Shown piece by piece: positions 37,373-48,954 of a stretch of DNA of 64,000 nt. The position numbers and the translations under genes are program-made. Positions within the stretch are counted from its first letter, which is position 1, and every line of letters starts with the position of its first letter. The DNA comes from Mobula birostris. Its lineage: Eukaryota. The notes under the pieces were generated by a model. The model ran no database searches and had not been told where the DNA came from. It saw only the letters and a list, made by a program, of their open reading frames with translations. The DNA lies in contig NC_092379.1 of NCBI RefSeq assembly GCF_030028105.1, positions 24,173,821 to 24,237,820 on the forward strand. The letters are read 5' to 3'.

Positions 37373-37729
37373 CGTTCTGAGAATTGGATCGGACATAGAC
37401 ACTTTTGAGATCGGCGCTTCTGTTAAGACCGGATCTAACGCGAATCACAATGAGCGCTGATGAAATAGTGGCATGGACTGTGAGTGAGAGAGGGAGCTGC
37501 AGATTAAACTGGCTCTCGCACACTGAACTCAACGGCGCAGCTTCATGTCCCCGCCCCTAGCAGAGATAACAGTTCCCCAAAAGATGTTTGTCTCTATGTT
37601 GGAGTCAGGTCAGCGGCAGTGACCAGAACCACATTGAAGATCTGTCGCTCTCTGTTCAAATGATCAACTTCAGCGTTAGAAAATGTATTTAAACTGAAAC
37701 ACAGATAATCCCAGCGGGAACGACTGAGA

Positions 37730-37870
37730 GACACCGTCAGTTGACTGATATCCCGTTAAGAGACAGGAGCTGAGAGACACCAGTCCGTGGACAGAAATCA
37801 CCCTTGAAGATAGGAACTGGGAGAATCCAGTCAGTATACGGATATCCCCCTGACATATGGTCTGAGAGAT
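37730..37870. repeat. ~46-47 bp minisatellite (3 units) upstream of V2
   Basis: Same unit as 1211-1445; units start at ~37730, 37776 and 37823. Confidence 0.85.
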
Positions 37871-37899
37871 ACTATTCAGGAAATTAGATACAGGTTATA

Positions 37900-38580
37900 A
37901 AGGAGTTGGTCCAAATCGGTTGAACGAGAACACCGGCAGAGATGACGGCAGAGCAGCAGTGGCTGGAATTTCTGGAAGCAATTTGGAAGGCACAGGAAGT
38001 ACAAACCCCAAACAGGAAGTAGCAATATAAAGGCATGATGACATACCCGCGGATAACAAGAGGTTAATGCCAAAATAAAAACCAAAGAAGGAGCATATCA
38101 TGAAGCTAACATTTGTGGGAAGTTAACCGATTGGGGAGCTTCTAACTGTCCACAGAAAGCAATTTAATAGTAATTAAGAAACTGAAAATTGAATACGAAT
38201 TAGAGTTAGCCAGTAAGATTAATGGGGATAGGAATAGTTTACTCAGGTTCATAACGTGTAAAACAGAGGCGGAATGGATATTGTACGGCTGGCAAACGAT
38301 GCTGGAGCGGTAGTAATGGAGGACAAGGACATGGGGGACTATCTAAATAGGTATTTTGCACCAGTTCTCACTGTGCAAGGCACTAGCAGTGTGGTGGAAG
38401 TTCCAGCTGTCAGGGGGTATGGAGTGCACGGTTACCATTACAAGAGAGAAGGTTTTTGGGAACCTGAAACAGTTGAAAGTAGCTAAGTTATCTGGACCAT
38501 ATGGTGTCCACCCACCCCAGGTTCTGAAAGAGTGACTGAGCGAATCTGAAGGCATTAGTAATGATCTTTCAGTCGTCACT
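37900..38580 (+). mobile_element. Degraded CR1 fragment
   Basis: Linker-region similarity (MEDKDMGDYLNRYFAPVLT). Confidence 0.7.
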
Positions 38581-38599
38581 GCTCCACCATTCAATCACG

Positions 38600-40620
38600 A
38601 GCTAATCAAGTTCTTCTATTCATTCCCACTCGCCTGCCTTCACCCCATCCTCTTTGATGCCACGACAAATCAAGAGCCTATCTATCTTTGCCTTAAACAC
38701 ACTCAAATCCCGTCTGAATCCCCATCTAAATAATCGTCTGCCAGTTTATTTCTTCCACCAAAGTTCATGACCATATACTTACTAATGTTATATTTCATTC
38801 GCCACTTCTTTTTCCTTTCCACTAAATTATTTAAGTCTCTCTGCAGGCTGACTGTTCCTCAGCAGGCTGCCGGTCTTTCTGCAGTCATCCTCAACCCTAC
38901 CCGCGCCTCCATCTATCTGTGTATCGTCTGCAAGTTTAGCCACAAATCCATTAATTCCATAGTCCAAATCATTGACATACATCGCAAAAGTCAGCCGTCC
39001 CAATACCGATCCCTGTGGAACTCCATTAGCAACCAGCAGCCAGCAAGAATAGGATCCCTTTATTCCCTTTCTATGTTTTCTGCCGACCAGCCAATGCTCC
39101 ACCCATGCTAGTAACTTCCCTGTAATTCCTTGGGCTTTTATCTTGCTAAGCAGCCTTATGTGCGGCACCTTGTCAAAGACGTTCTGAATATCAAAGTACA
39201 CCAGGCCTACAGCATGTCCTTTGTCTACCGTGCTTCCCTGCTTGGAACGTCCTCAAATAATTGCAGTAGGCTTCTCAGGCAGGATTTTCCTTTCGGGAAA
39301 CCATGCTGGCTTTGGCCTATCTTGTCATGTGCCTCCAGGTGCTCCGTAAATGCATCCTTAGCAATCGATTCCAACAACTTCCTATCCACAGATGCGACAG
39401 GTCTACATTTCCGTTCTGCTGCCTTCCACGCTTCTTAAATAGCGGAGTAACATTTGCAAATTTCCAATCATCCAGTACAATGCCAGAATCTATTGATTCT
39501 GGAAAAAAATCATCGTTTATGTCCCCGTAATATCTCCAGCTGCTTGTTTCAGAACCCGAAATTGCATCCCGTCAGTTTCAGGAGATTCATCCATCCTCAG
39601 ACCATTAAGCTTCCTGAACATCTTCTCAGTCGTAATTTTCACTGCACCTACGTCACTTCCCTGACACCATTGAATCCCCGGTATACTGCAGACGTCTTCC
39701 ACTCTGAAGACTGATGCAAAATATGCATTCAGTTCCTCTGCCATCCCTTCAACTCTCATTACAATATCTCCTGCGTCTCTTTGCATTTGTCCTATATCTA
39801 ACCTCGACTCTCTTTCTAAGTTTATATCTTTTAAAACGCTTTCGTTGTCTTCTTTGATATTAGTCGCCAGTTTCATTTCATAACTCACCTCTTCTTTTCT
39901 AATGATCTTCTTACTTTCCTTCTGCAAGTTTCTTTAAAGCTCCCCAATGTTCTATCTTTCACCAGCTCTGGTTTCCTTGTGTGCTTTCTCTCTTGCTTTT
40001 ATCTTGGCTCTAACTTCACTGTTCGCCACGGTAGTGTCCTGATTCCCTTTGAAAATTTCTTCTTATTTGGAATATATCTGTCTTGCACTTCCCCCATTTT
40101 GCACAGAAATACAAGCCATTGCTGTTCTGCTGCCCTTCTGCAAATGCCCCTTTCCAGTCAACTTTGACCAGTTCCCCTCTCATATCATTGTAATTTCCTT
40201 TATTCCACGGAATACCAACACATTGGATTTTGTTTTTTTCTGTCTCAAATTTCAGTGTGAACTTGATCATATTCTGGTCACTGTTACCCAATGGTTCCTT
40301 AACCCTAAGGTCTCTTATAACCTCCGGATGATTGCACAGCACCCAATCCAGCACAGCGATTCCCCTGTGGGCTCAACAACAAGCTGTCCTAAAAAGACAT
40401 ACCTTATTATTCTTTAACTTCTCTCCCTTCAGGTCTAGCACTGGCCATATTTTCCCAATCCACTTTCATGTTAAAATCCCTAACGATTATCATGACATTT
40501 CCTTTCTGAAACACCTTTTCTATCTCCTGCTATAATTTGTAATGCACAATCCGGCTGCTGTTTTGAGACCTCTATAAAACTACAATTAGGGTACTTTTAA
40601 CTGGGCCATTTCCTAACCTA
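38600..40620 (-). mobile_element. Degraded CR1 LINE (APE end to RT)
   Basis: LDWVLCNHPEVI..PLGNSDQNMI; YFDIQNVFDKVPH..GVPQGSVLG..LADDT. Confidence 0.88.
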
Positions 40621-40814
40621 AACCATAGAGACTCTACACCTTCCAATCCTATATCATTCTAATGCTTTATTATGATTTCGTATACACAGAGACACACTAC
40701 CAACTATGCCTACTAACCCGTGTTTCCGACACAGCATATATCCTTGGGTTTGGAGAGATTATGAGAATGGTCAAAGAAGGGACAGATGGAATACAGTGTA
40801 GGATAGTGCATGAC

Positions 40815-41517
40815 CACCTGTTTCCATTCAGGGTGTCAGTGTGGACATGGTGGATGATTACAAATACCTGGGGATACGAATTGACAATAAACTGGACTGG
40901 TCAAAGAACACTGGGTCTGTCTACAAGAAGAGTCAGAGCCGTCTCTATTTCCTGAGGAGACTGAAGTCCTTTAACATCTGTCGGACGATGCTGAGGATGT
41001 TCTGCAAGTCTGTGGTGGCCAGTGCTATCATGTTTGCTGTTGTGTGCTGGGGCAGCAGGCTGAGGGTAGAAGACACCAACAGAAGCAACTAACTCACTCA
41101 TAAGGCCAGTTCCGTTGTGGGGATAGAACTGGGCTCTCTGACGGTGCTGTCTGAAAAGAGAATGCTGTCAAAGTTGCACGCCATCTTGGACAATGTCTCC
41201 CATCCGCTACATAATGTATTGGGTAGGCACAGGAGTACATTCAGTCAGAGACTCATTCCACCGACATGCAACACTGAGCGTCATAGGAAGTCATTCCTGC
41301 CTGGGGCCATCAAACTTTAAAACTCCTCCCTTGGAGAGTCAGACACCCTGAGCCAATAGGCTGGTCCTGGAATTATTTCCTGGCATAATTTGCATTTTAT
41401 TATTTAATTATTTATGGTTTTATATTGCTATATTTATACCCTCTTCTTGGTTGGTTCAGCTGTAACGAAACCCAATTTCGCACGGGATCAATAAAGTATG
41501 ACTATGACTATGAGTAT
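40815..41517 (+). mobile_element. Rex1/Babar-type LINE 3' fragment
   Basis: DYKYLGIRIDNKLDWSKNT..SRLYFLRRLKSFNIC..VVASAIMFAVVCWG; SHPLHNVL..RKSFLP. Tail caataaag(tatgac)n. Confidence 0.85.
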
Positions 41518-41546
41518 GATCAAGCACTTTGGTAGAAGAAATGAAA

Positions 41547-44500
41547 TGTCGTGTCCAGTCGGTGAAGACCGCATTCCAGTTTCCATTCCAGTGTCAGGAC
41601 TCCGGGTCTTCCTGCTATCCCTTTTCTCGGTTGGGTTAATCATTCAGCCAGTCCGGCTGTAGGGATCCGACCGGTTCCGTAGCAGGCCGAGGTTGCTGGC
41701 CGTAACTGCGACTCGGGACAACGCCGTTGCAGAGACGGAGCTGTCTGTCGTTCTTTGGTGTTTGTCTCTTCTCCTCCTCGGGCTTCTCAGGCCGTTCTGC
41801 CGTTGCCCTGCATGTGGATCTGTGAAGTTTTGTCTTTGACTCTGTTGGGTAAGTCCGGCCGTTCTACTGTTACCCGACGGATGGAGCTGTCTACCTTGGT
41901 GTGTAGATAAAGCTGAGTCCCGGGTTTTCGAAGGATAATTCCCGGCTCTATGTTGGTGTCGAGTTTCCAGTCTGTCTCCGAGCTCCAGCTTTCAAGTTAC
42001 CAACCTCCGCATTCCAAGAACCCAGCCTCCAGCCTGAAGCCTCAGAACTCCAGCCTCCAGCCTCAAGCCTCAAAAGCCCAGCCTCCATCCTCAAGCATCA
42101 AGCCACTAGTATCCAGCCTCACGCCTCAAGACCCCAGCATCGAGCCTCAAGCCTCTACAACTCCGCCTCAAGCATCAATCCTCAAGACCTCAGCCTCCAG
42201 CCTCAAGCCTCAGGACACCAGCCTCCAGCTTGAAGCCTCAAGACACGTTCAGTCCTGCAGCCATGTGATATCCTTGCTTAATTCTGGGGTCCGAGCCCGA
42301 GGCATGACCCAGGTTCTGGGTCCTTGTCCAGTCTCGGTTTCGGAGTCCAAGCCCAGGTTCCTAGTTCATAGCTCCTTGTCCGGGTTCCTTGTTTCTTGCC
42401 CATGTCCTAGCCCAGGTCCTGCATCCTTGTCCTTTTCCTAGTACTTCAGTGTCTGTGCCTTGTATTTGTGTCCCCACCAGCGTCCCCTATTGTGAAAGAA
42501 CGAACCAGCCATTCATGCACCCAGCAATGGAGAAACTGTCGTATAACTCCCGTCACCCTGGGTTCCCTCCTAATTTAATACCTGACCGAAACTAATCATA
42601 GGCACCTGATTCCCATCTGGGGGCTTGGAATATAAGTAGCCTTGGGGTCGAGTATCGGCGGCTGGTTCATCTTATCAAGATTCCCTGGTAGCAACCTGCC
42701 GGTGGAAGGCTGGAGATACCACTTGCCATCTTTATGCCGCGTTGGAGGAACATCGCTTCATGGAGCCTTGCTGCCGGTACTCGGAGCTGTCTTTGCGGTA
42801 TGGATTCGGCCGTTTCCTGGGCCAGCTGAGTGGCCGTCAGCAACTCCGAACTAGGTAGGGATCCGGCTGTTTCCGTAGCCAGCCGAGGTTGCTGGCCGCA
42901 ACTGCGAATTCGAGTAACCCAGATGCAGAGAAGGAACTGTCTGTTGTTCTGCGGTGTTTGCCTCTTCTCGTCATCGCCTCCTTGGGGTAAGTCAGGCCGT
43001 TCTACCTTTATCCTACGTTTGGATCTGCCCCCCCCCCCCACCCACCCCGTTCTGCCTTTGATCTTCATGGGGATCTGCCTTGTCTTGTCTTTGGCTCTGT
43101 TGTTAAAGTCAGACCGTTCTGCCGTTACCCGACGGATGGTCCTGCCCCACCTTGGTGTGGAGGTAAAGTTGAGATAAAGTTGACTGCTCTATGTCTACGT
43201 ACTGTCCAGTCTCATGTTAGTGTCGTGTTAAAGATGAGTCTTGGCTTTTCGAAGGTTAAGTCGCGGCTGTATCTAGGTACAGTTCCCAGTCTGTCTCGAA
43301 CTCCAGCCTCCGAGTTATCAGACTCCGCATTCCAATGTCCCAGCCTCCACCCTTAAGCCTCAGTACCACAGCCTCCAGCCTCAAGCATCAATATCCCACC
43401 CTCCAGCCTCAAGTCACAAGTCCGCAACATCCAGCCTCAAGCCTCAAGACCACAGCCTACAGCCTCAAACAAGCCTCAAGACCACAGCCTACAGCCTCAA
43501 ACCTCAATACTCCTGCTTCAAGCTTCAATACTCCATCTTCCAGCCTCAAGACTCAAGACTCCAGTCTCCAGTATCAAGCCTCAAGACCCCAGCCTACAGC
43601 ATCAAGCCTCAAAACCCCAGCCTCCAGCCTTGAGCCTCAAGACCCGAGCCTCCAGCCTCAAACCTCAAGACTCCATCCTCCAGCGTCAAGACACAAGACA
43701 CCAGCCTCCATCCTCAATCCTCCAGACCCCAGCCTCTAGCCTCAAACCTCGTCCCCAGTCTCCAGCCACAAGCCTCAGGACCTCAGCCTTCAGCCTCAAG
43801 CCTCAAGACCACAGCCTAGAGCCTCAATCATCAAGAACCCAGCCTCCAGCCTCACGCTTCAAGACCCCAGCCTCCAGCCTCAAGCCTTAAGACTCCAGCC
43901 TCAAGCGTCAAAACACCAGCCTCCAGCCTCAAGCCACATGAACCCAGCCACGTCCAGTCCCGTAGCCATGCCATATCCTGGCCTAGTTCTGGGATCCGAG
44001 CCCAAGGCATGACCAGGTTCTTGGTCCCTGGCCAGTTTCAGGCTGGAAGTCCAAGCCCAGTCCCTAGATCATAGTTCCGTGTCCGGGTTCCCTGTTTCTT
44101 GTCCATGTCCTAGCCCAGGACCTGCATTCTAGCTCCTGTTCCTAGTATTTCAGTGCATTTGTGTCCGTCACCAGCGTCCCCCATTGTGACAGAACAATCC
44201 AACCATTAATAGACCCAGCAACGCAGACACTTTCGTCTCACTCCCTTCACCCTGTGTTTCCTCCTATTCAATGCCGCCTCTTCCTCCCCCCCCCCGCCCC
44301 CCACCGAGTCATCATTAGTCCTGGAAAGCTTCTTCGTTCGCCCGGAGGCTCCCATAGCAGTAGCGAGTTGGGTACTGTCACGGTCCGGTCTGTGAAGTCC
44401 CCATTCTGGTTGTCGGTCCGGTCCGTGGACACAGGACTCCGGGACTTCCAGTTTTCCCTTCTTTCGGATTGGTTAATCTTAGGCACCTGATTCTCATCTT

Positions 44501-45735
44501 GGGGTTTGGAATATAAGTAGTCTTGGGGTTGAGTGTGGGGGGTGGGTTCGTCTTGTCAAGATTCCCTGGGAGGAACCTGCCGGTAGAAGGCTGGAGCGGC
44601 CACTTGCCATCTTCAGCCCGCGTTGGAGGACCATCGCTTCATGGAGCCGTGCTATCGGCAGAAGGAACTGTACTTGCGGCATTTATTTGGCCTTTTCCCG
44701 GGCCAGCTTGGTGGCCGTGAGCACTCCGAGCTAGGTAGGTATCCGTCTATTTCCGTAGCCAGCCAAGGTTGCTGGCTGTAACTGCGTCTTGGAGCAACCC
44801 CTATGTAGAAATGGAACTGTCTGTCGTTCTTCGGCGTTTGTCTGTTGTTGTGCTCGCCTAAGTGGGGTAGGTTAGGCCGTATTACCGTTACCCTATGTTT
44901 GTATCTGTCCCCTCTTGTTCTCGCCTCCGTGGGCTATGTCAGGCCGTTCTGCCGTTGCCCTGCGTGTGGATCTGTCTTGTCTTGTCTTTGACTCTGTTGG
45001 GTAAACCAGGCCGTGATGCTGTTACCCGACAGTTGTACTAGTCCCAACTTTGTGTGGAAATAAAGTTGAATCTCGGCTTGTCTAAGGATAAATCCTGGCT
45101 CTCTGTCTGCGTACTGTCCAGTCTCATGTTAGTGTCGTGTTAAAGATGGGTCCCGGCTTTATGAAGGATAATTCCCGGCTCCATGTTAATGTACAGTTCC
45201 CAGTCTGTTCCCGAGCTCCAGCCTCCCGAGTTATCAGCCTCCGCCTTCCAAGTTCCCAACCTCCAGCGTCAAGTCTCAAGACTCCAGCCTCCAGCCTCAA
45301 GCCTCAAGAGATCAGCACCCATCCTCAAGACCCCAGCCGCCATCTTCAAGCTTCAAGACTCCAGCCGCCAGCCTCAAGCCTCATGACCCCAACCATCATG
45401 CTCAAGCCTCAAGACCCCAGTCTCCATCCTCAAGCCTCAGGCCTCATGCCTCAAGACTCCAGCCTCCAGCCTCAAGCTTCATGACCCCAGGCACGTCCGG
45501 TCGTGCAGCCATGTCATGTTCTGGGATCCGAGCTCGAAGTAAGACCCAAGTTCTGTGTCCTTGTCCAGGCTCAGGCTCGGAGTCCAAGCCCAGGCTCCTA
45601 GTTCATAGGGCCTTGTCCGGGTTCCCTGTTTCTTGTCCATGTCCTAGCCCAGGTCCTGCATCCTCGTCCTGTTACTAGTACTTCACTGTCTGTGTCTTGC
45701 ATTTGGGTCCGCCACTAGCGTCCCCCATTGTGATA
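41547..45735 (+). mobile_element. Tandem array of three sushi-like LTRs with ~85-185 bp internal spacers, inside a single TGAAA TSD
   Basis: LTR1 41547-42497, LTR2 ~42585-44191 (5' end missing), LTR3 44376-45735. Each spacer begins gaac(g/a)a.cca.ccatt.at..acccagca (gag MDPA relic). A PPT-like sequence precedes 44376. TGAAA lies at 41542-41546 and 45736-45740, and the flanks rejoin as CR1 sequence. Confidence 0.85.
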
Positions 45736-45939
45736 TGAAAGGGTTGAGTAGTTTCTATATATGGCGGGAAAATAGCGAAAAAAAAAATCTGAGGGGCAAA
45801 GAAACTACGGAGAGTTTGTGCACGATCCCCTATAGGTTAATTTGCAATTTGAGTTTTTGTGTAGGAAGCCAAATGCGACTTTTTTTTTAGATTTTGAGAA
45901 CACTCAGTCCTCCTTATTTGTCATTTAGAAATGCATACA

Positions 45940-46600
45940 TGCATTAAGATATGATACAATGCTTCTCCAGAGTGATATCACAGGAAAAAAAAAAACAGGA
46001 CAAACCAAAGACAAACACTGACAAAACCAAATAATTATAACATATAGTTATAGCAGTGCAAATCAATATCATAATTTGATGAAGAAAAAACCACGGGCAC
46101 GGTAAAAAAAAAAAAAAAAAAAAAATTCTCAAAGTCCCCGAGTAGATCGTCTCCCGAGTTCCCGATAGCTGGGGCAAAAGGGAGAAACTCTCTGCCTTAA
46201 AGCTCCAGACACCGTCAACTTGCTGATTCCTTGGAAGCAACCAACCACAGTCGACACTGAGCCCATCCGTCCGAAAACTTCGAGCCTCCGACTAGCCTCT
46301 CCGATACAGCCTCCCTAGCGCCATCCTCTGCCGAGCGCCTTTGTCCTCGCCCCGGCCGCTGCAACAAGTAAAGCCGAGGGTTAGTGGCCTTCCGCTCCAG
46401 AGATTGCGGTTACCACATAGTAGCAGCGGCAGGGAAGCGGGCATTTCAGAAGTTTCTCCAGATTTTCCTCCGTACACTCACGTCTGTCTCCATCAAATCA
46501 GAATTGTGCACGGTACATTACCTGACAGATTACAGACATCATTTATATCATTTACTGGAGAGGGTGCGTGCCTTACTGTCGCACCGCCATGTTCTCCTCC
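45940..46600 (-). mobile_element. Unclassified non-autonomous LINE/SINE-like element
   Basis: Minus strand starts gaggaggagaacatggcggtgcgacag, resembling GC-rich LINE 5' ends, and includes poly-A/T tracts. No coding remnant recognised. Confidence 0.35.
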
Positions 46601-46719
46601 TCCCTTTTGCATTCTTTTAAAGCGGACTAGAATATAAAATCAAATATGTAATTTTGACACTTCATAAAACTTTTCTGAGGCCTCACCTTTTTTTTATTGT
46701 AATCCGCTTTTTTTCCAAT

Positions 46720-47240
46720 TGAGTGTGCTGAAACTGTAGCGCATATCAAGGAGATCCACGAAAATGTTTCCAGTATTAAACGGCTTGTCATATGAAGAGT
46801 TTTGGATGGTTTAGGGCCTGTAGTCACTGGAATTCAGAAGAATGAGTGGTGACCTAATTGAAATCGATCTAATAGCGATGGGGTACTATACAGTAGATAT
46901 GGGGAGGATATTCCTTTTAGTGGGAATGTGGTCTAAGACCAGACAAGAACGCCTCAGAGTGGCGTCCTTTTAGAACGGAGATGAGGATTATTTACTTTCG
47001 CCAGAGGGTTGTGAATCTGTGGAATACGTTGCTCCAGGCAAATGTGTAGGTCACACCTTTATTTATATTTAAGGAAGAGGTAAATAGCTTGCAGTTTGGT
47101 AAATATACGAATGGATATGGTCAGACGGCAAGTGTCTGGGCAGAGAGGGAAAATGGATAGGCCATGATGAAATGGCGGAGAAAACTCTATTGGCCAAGTG
47201 ACCTAATTCTGCTGCTGTTTTCTCATGGTCCTATGGTCAG
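46720..47240 (+). mobile_element. CR1 3' fragment
   Basis: RT C-terminal nucleotide motifs and a tail ending catggtcctatggtc. Confidence 0.8.
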
Positions 47241-47264
47241 CAGCTACATACATCACGAAGGGTC

Positions 47265-47505
47265 AGGGACTGAGGGAAACCAGTCAGTGGACAGATAACC
47301 CACTGAGAGACAGAGATTAAGACATATCATTCGAAGGACAGATGTCCTACCTCGTATACAGTCTGAGAGACAACCGTCTGTGCAGTATTAAGCAACTCAA
47401 AGAATTACCATGCAATCTTCTGTCCGCACACATACCACGAGAAGCAATATTAAGCACAGCTCTCTGGGTGAAAATGGTTGTAATATATACTGATAATAAA
47501 TGTAC
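47265..47505. repeat. Displaced distal upstream region of V2 (remaining minisatellite units plus flank)
   Basis: Aligns by eye with 1400-1620: aagaca..ggatgtcc, gtct.agagaca, attaagcaac, gtg.aaatg..tgtaata..aatgt. Confidence 0.75.
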
Positions 47506-47681
47506 TTTTTTCGGAGATTTTCTCAAGAATCATTGCCGATGGTGTATGTCCGTTACCAAAAACTAAAACTGGACATCAATATTTGTAAACTATTATGTGC
47601 ACAGCGTCTAGATTTACAGAGGTTGTGCCTCTTAGCAATATAATAACCAAATTTGTGACAAAGGCTCTTATAAAATTCTTT

Positions 47682-48954
47682 CAACACACATCAAAGTTGC
47701 TGGTGAACGCAGCAGGCCAGGCAGCATCTGTAGGAAGAGGTGCAGTCGACGTTTCAGGCCGAGACCCTTCGTCAGGACTAACTGAAGGAAGAGTGAGTAA
47801 GGGATTTGAAAGTTTGAGGGGGAGGGGGAGATCCAAAATGATAGAAGAAGACAAGAGGAGGAGGGATAGAGCCAAGAGCTGGACAGGTGATAGGCAAAAG
47901 GGGATACGAGAGGATCATGGGACAGGAGGTCCGGGAAGAAAGACAAGGGGGGGGGGACCCAGAGGATGGGCAAGAGGTACATTCAGAGGGACAGAGGGAG
48001 AAAAAGGAGAGTGAGAGAAAGAATGTGTGCATAAAATAAGTAACAGATGGGGTACGAGGGGGAGGTGGGGCCTTAGCGGAAGTTAGAGAAGTCGATGTTC
48101 ATGCTATCAGGTTGGAGGCTACCCAGACGGAATATAAGGTGTTGTTTCTCCAACCTGAGTGTCGCTTCATCCTTACAGTAGAGGACGTCGTGGATAGACA
48201 TGTCAGAATGGGAATGGGATGTGGAATTAAAATGTGTGGCCACTGGGAGATCCTGCTTTCTCTGGCGGACAGAGCGTAGATGTTCAGCAAAGCGGTCTCC
48301 CAGTCTGTGTCGGGTCTCGCCAATATATAAAAGGCCACATTGGGAGCACCGGACGCAGTTTATCACCCCAGTCGACTCACAGGTGAAGTGTTGCCTCACC
48401 TGGAAGGACTGTTTGGGGCCCTGAATGGTGGTAAGGGAGGAAGTGTAAGGGAATGTGTAGCACTTGTTCCGCTTACACGGATAAGTGCCAGGAGCGAGAT
48501 CAGTGGGGAGGGATGGGAGGGACGAATGGACAAGGGAGTTGCGTAGGGAGCGATCCCTGCCGAATGCAGAGAGAGGTGGGGAGGGAAAGATGTGCTTAAT
48601 GGTGGGATCCCGTTGGAGGTGGCGGAAGTTAGGGAGAATAATATGTTGGACCCGGATGCTGGTGGGGTGGTAGGTGAGGATCAGGGGAACCCTATTCCTA
48701 GTGGGGTGGCGGGAGGATGGAGTGAGAGCAGATGTACGTGAAATGGGGGAGATGCGTTTAAGAGCAGAGTTGATAGTAGAGGAAGGGAAGCCCCTTTCTT
48801 TAAAAAAGGAAGACAACTCCCTCGTCCTAGAATGAAAAGCCTCATCCTGAGAGCAGATGCGGCGGAGACGGAAGAATTGCGAGAAGGGGATGGCGTTTTT
48901 GCAAGAGACAGGGTGAGAAGAGGAATAGTCCAGATAGCTGTGAGAGTCTGTAGG
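47682..48954 (-). mobile_element. Penelope-like element (5'-truncated; RT thumb, GIY-YIG endonuclease, 3' pseudo-LTR) inserted in the Gmr1 integrase
   Basis: FYKPTDSHSYL..AIPFSQF.RLRRICS..YIGETRHRLGDRFAEHL..ATHFN..EKQHLIFRLGSLQPDSMNIDFSNFR*. Flanked by a 15-bp duplication cttataaaattcttt (47667-47681 and 48955-48969). Confidence 0.95.
47743..47780 (-). ncRNA. Minimal type I hammerhead ribozyme in the Penelope pseudo-LTR
   Basis: Minus strand: UAGUC-CUGACGA-AGGgucucggCCU-GAAAC-GUC|GACUG. It has the CUGANGA and GAAA core, a stem I pairing UAGUC/GACUG, a 3-bp stem II and a palindromic ACGU stem III. Confidence 0.85.
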
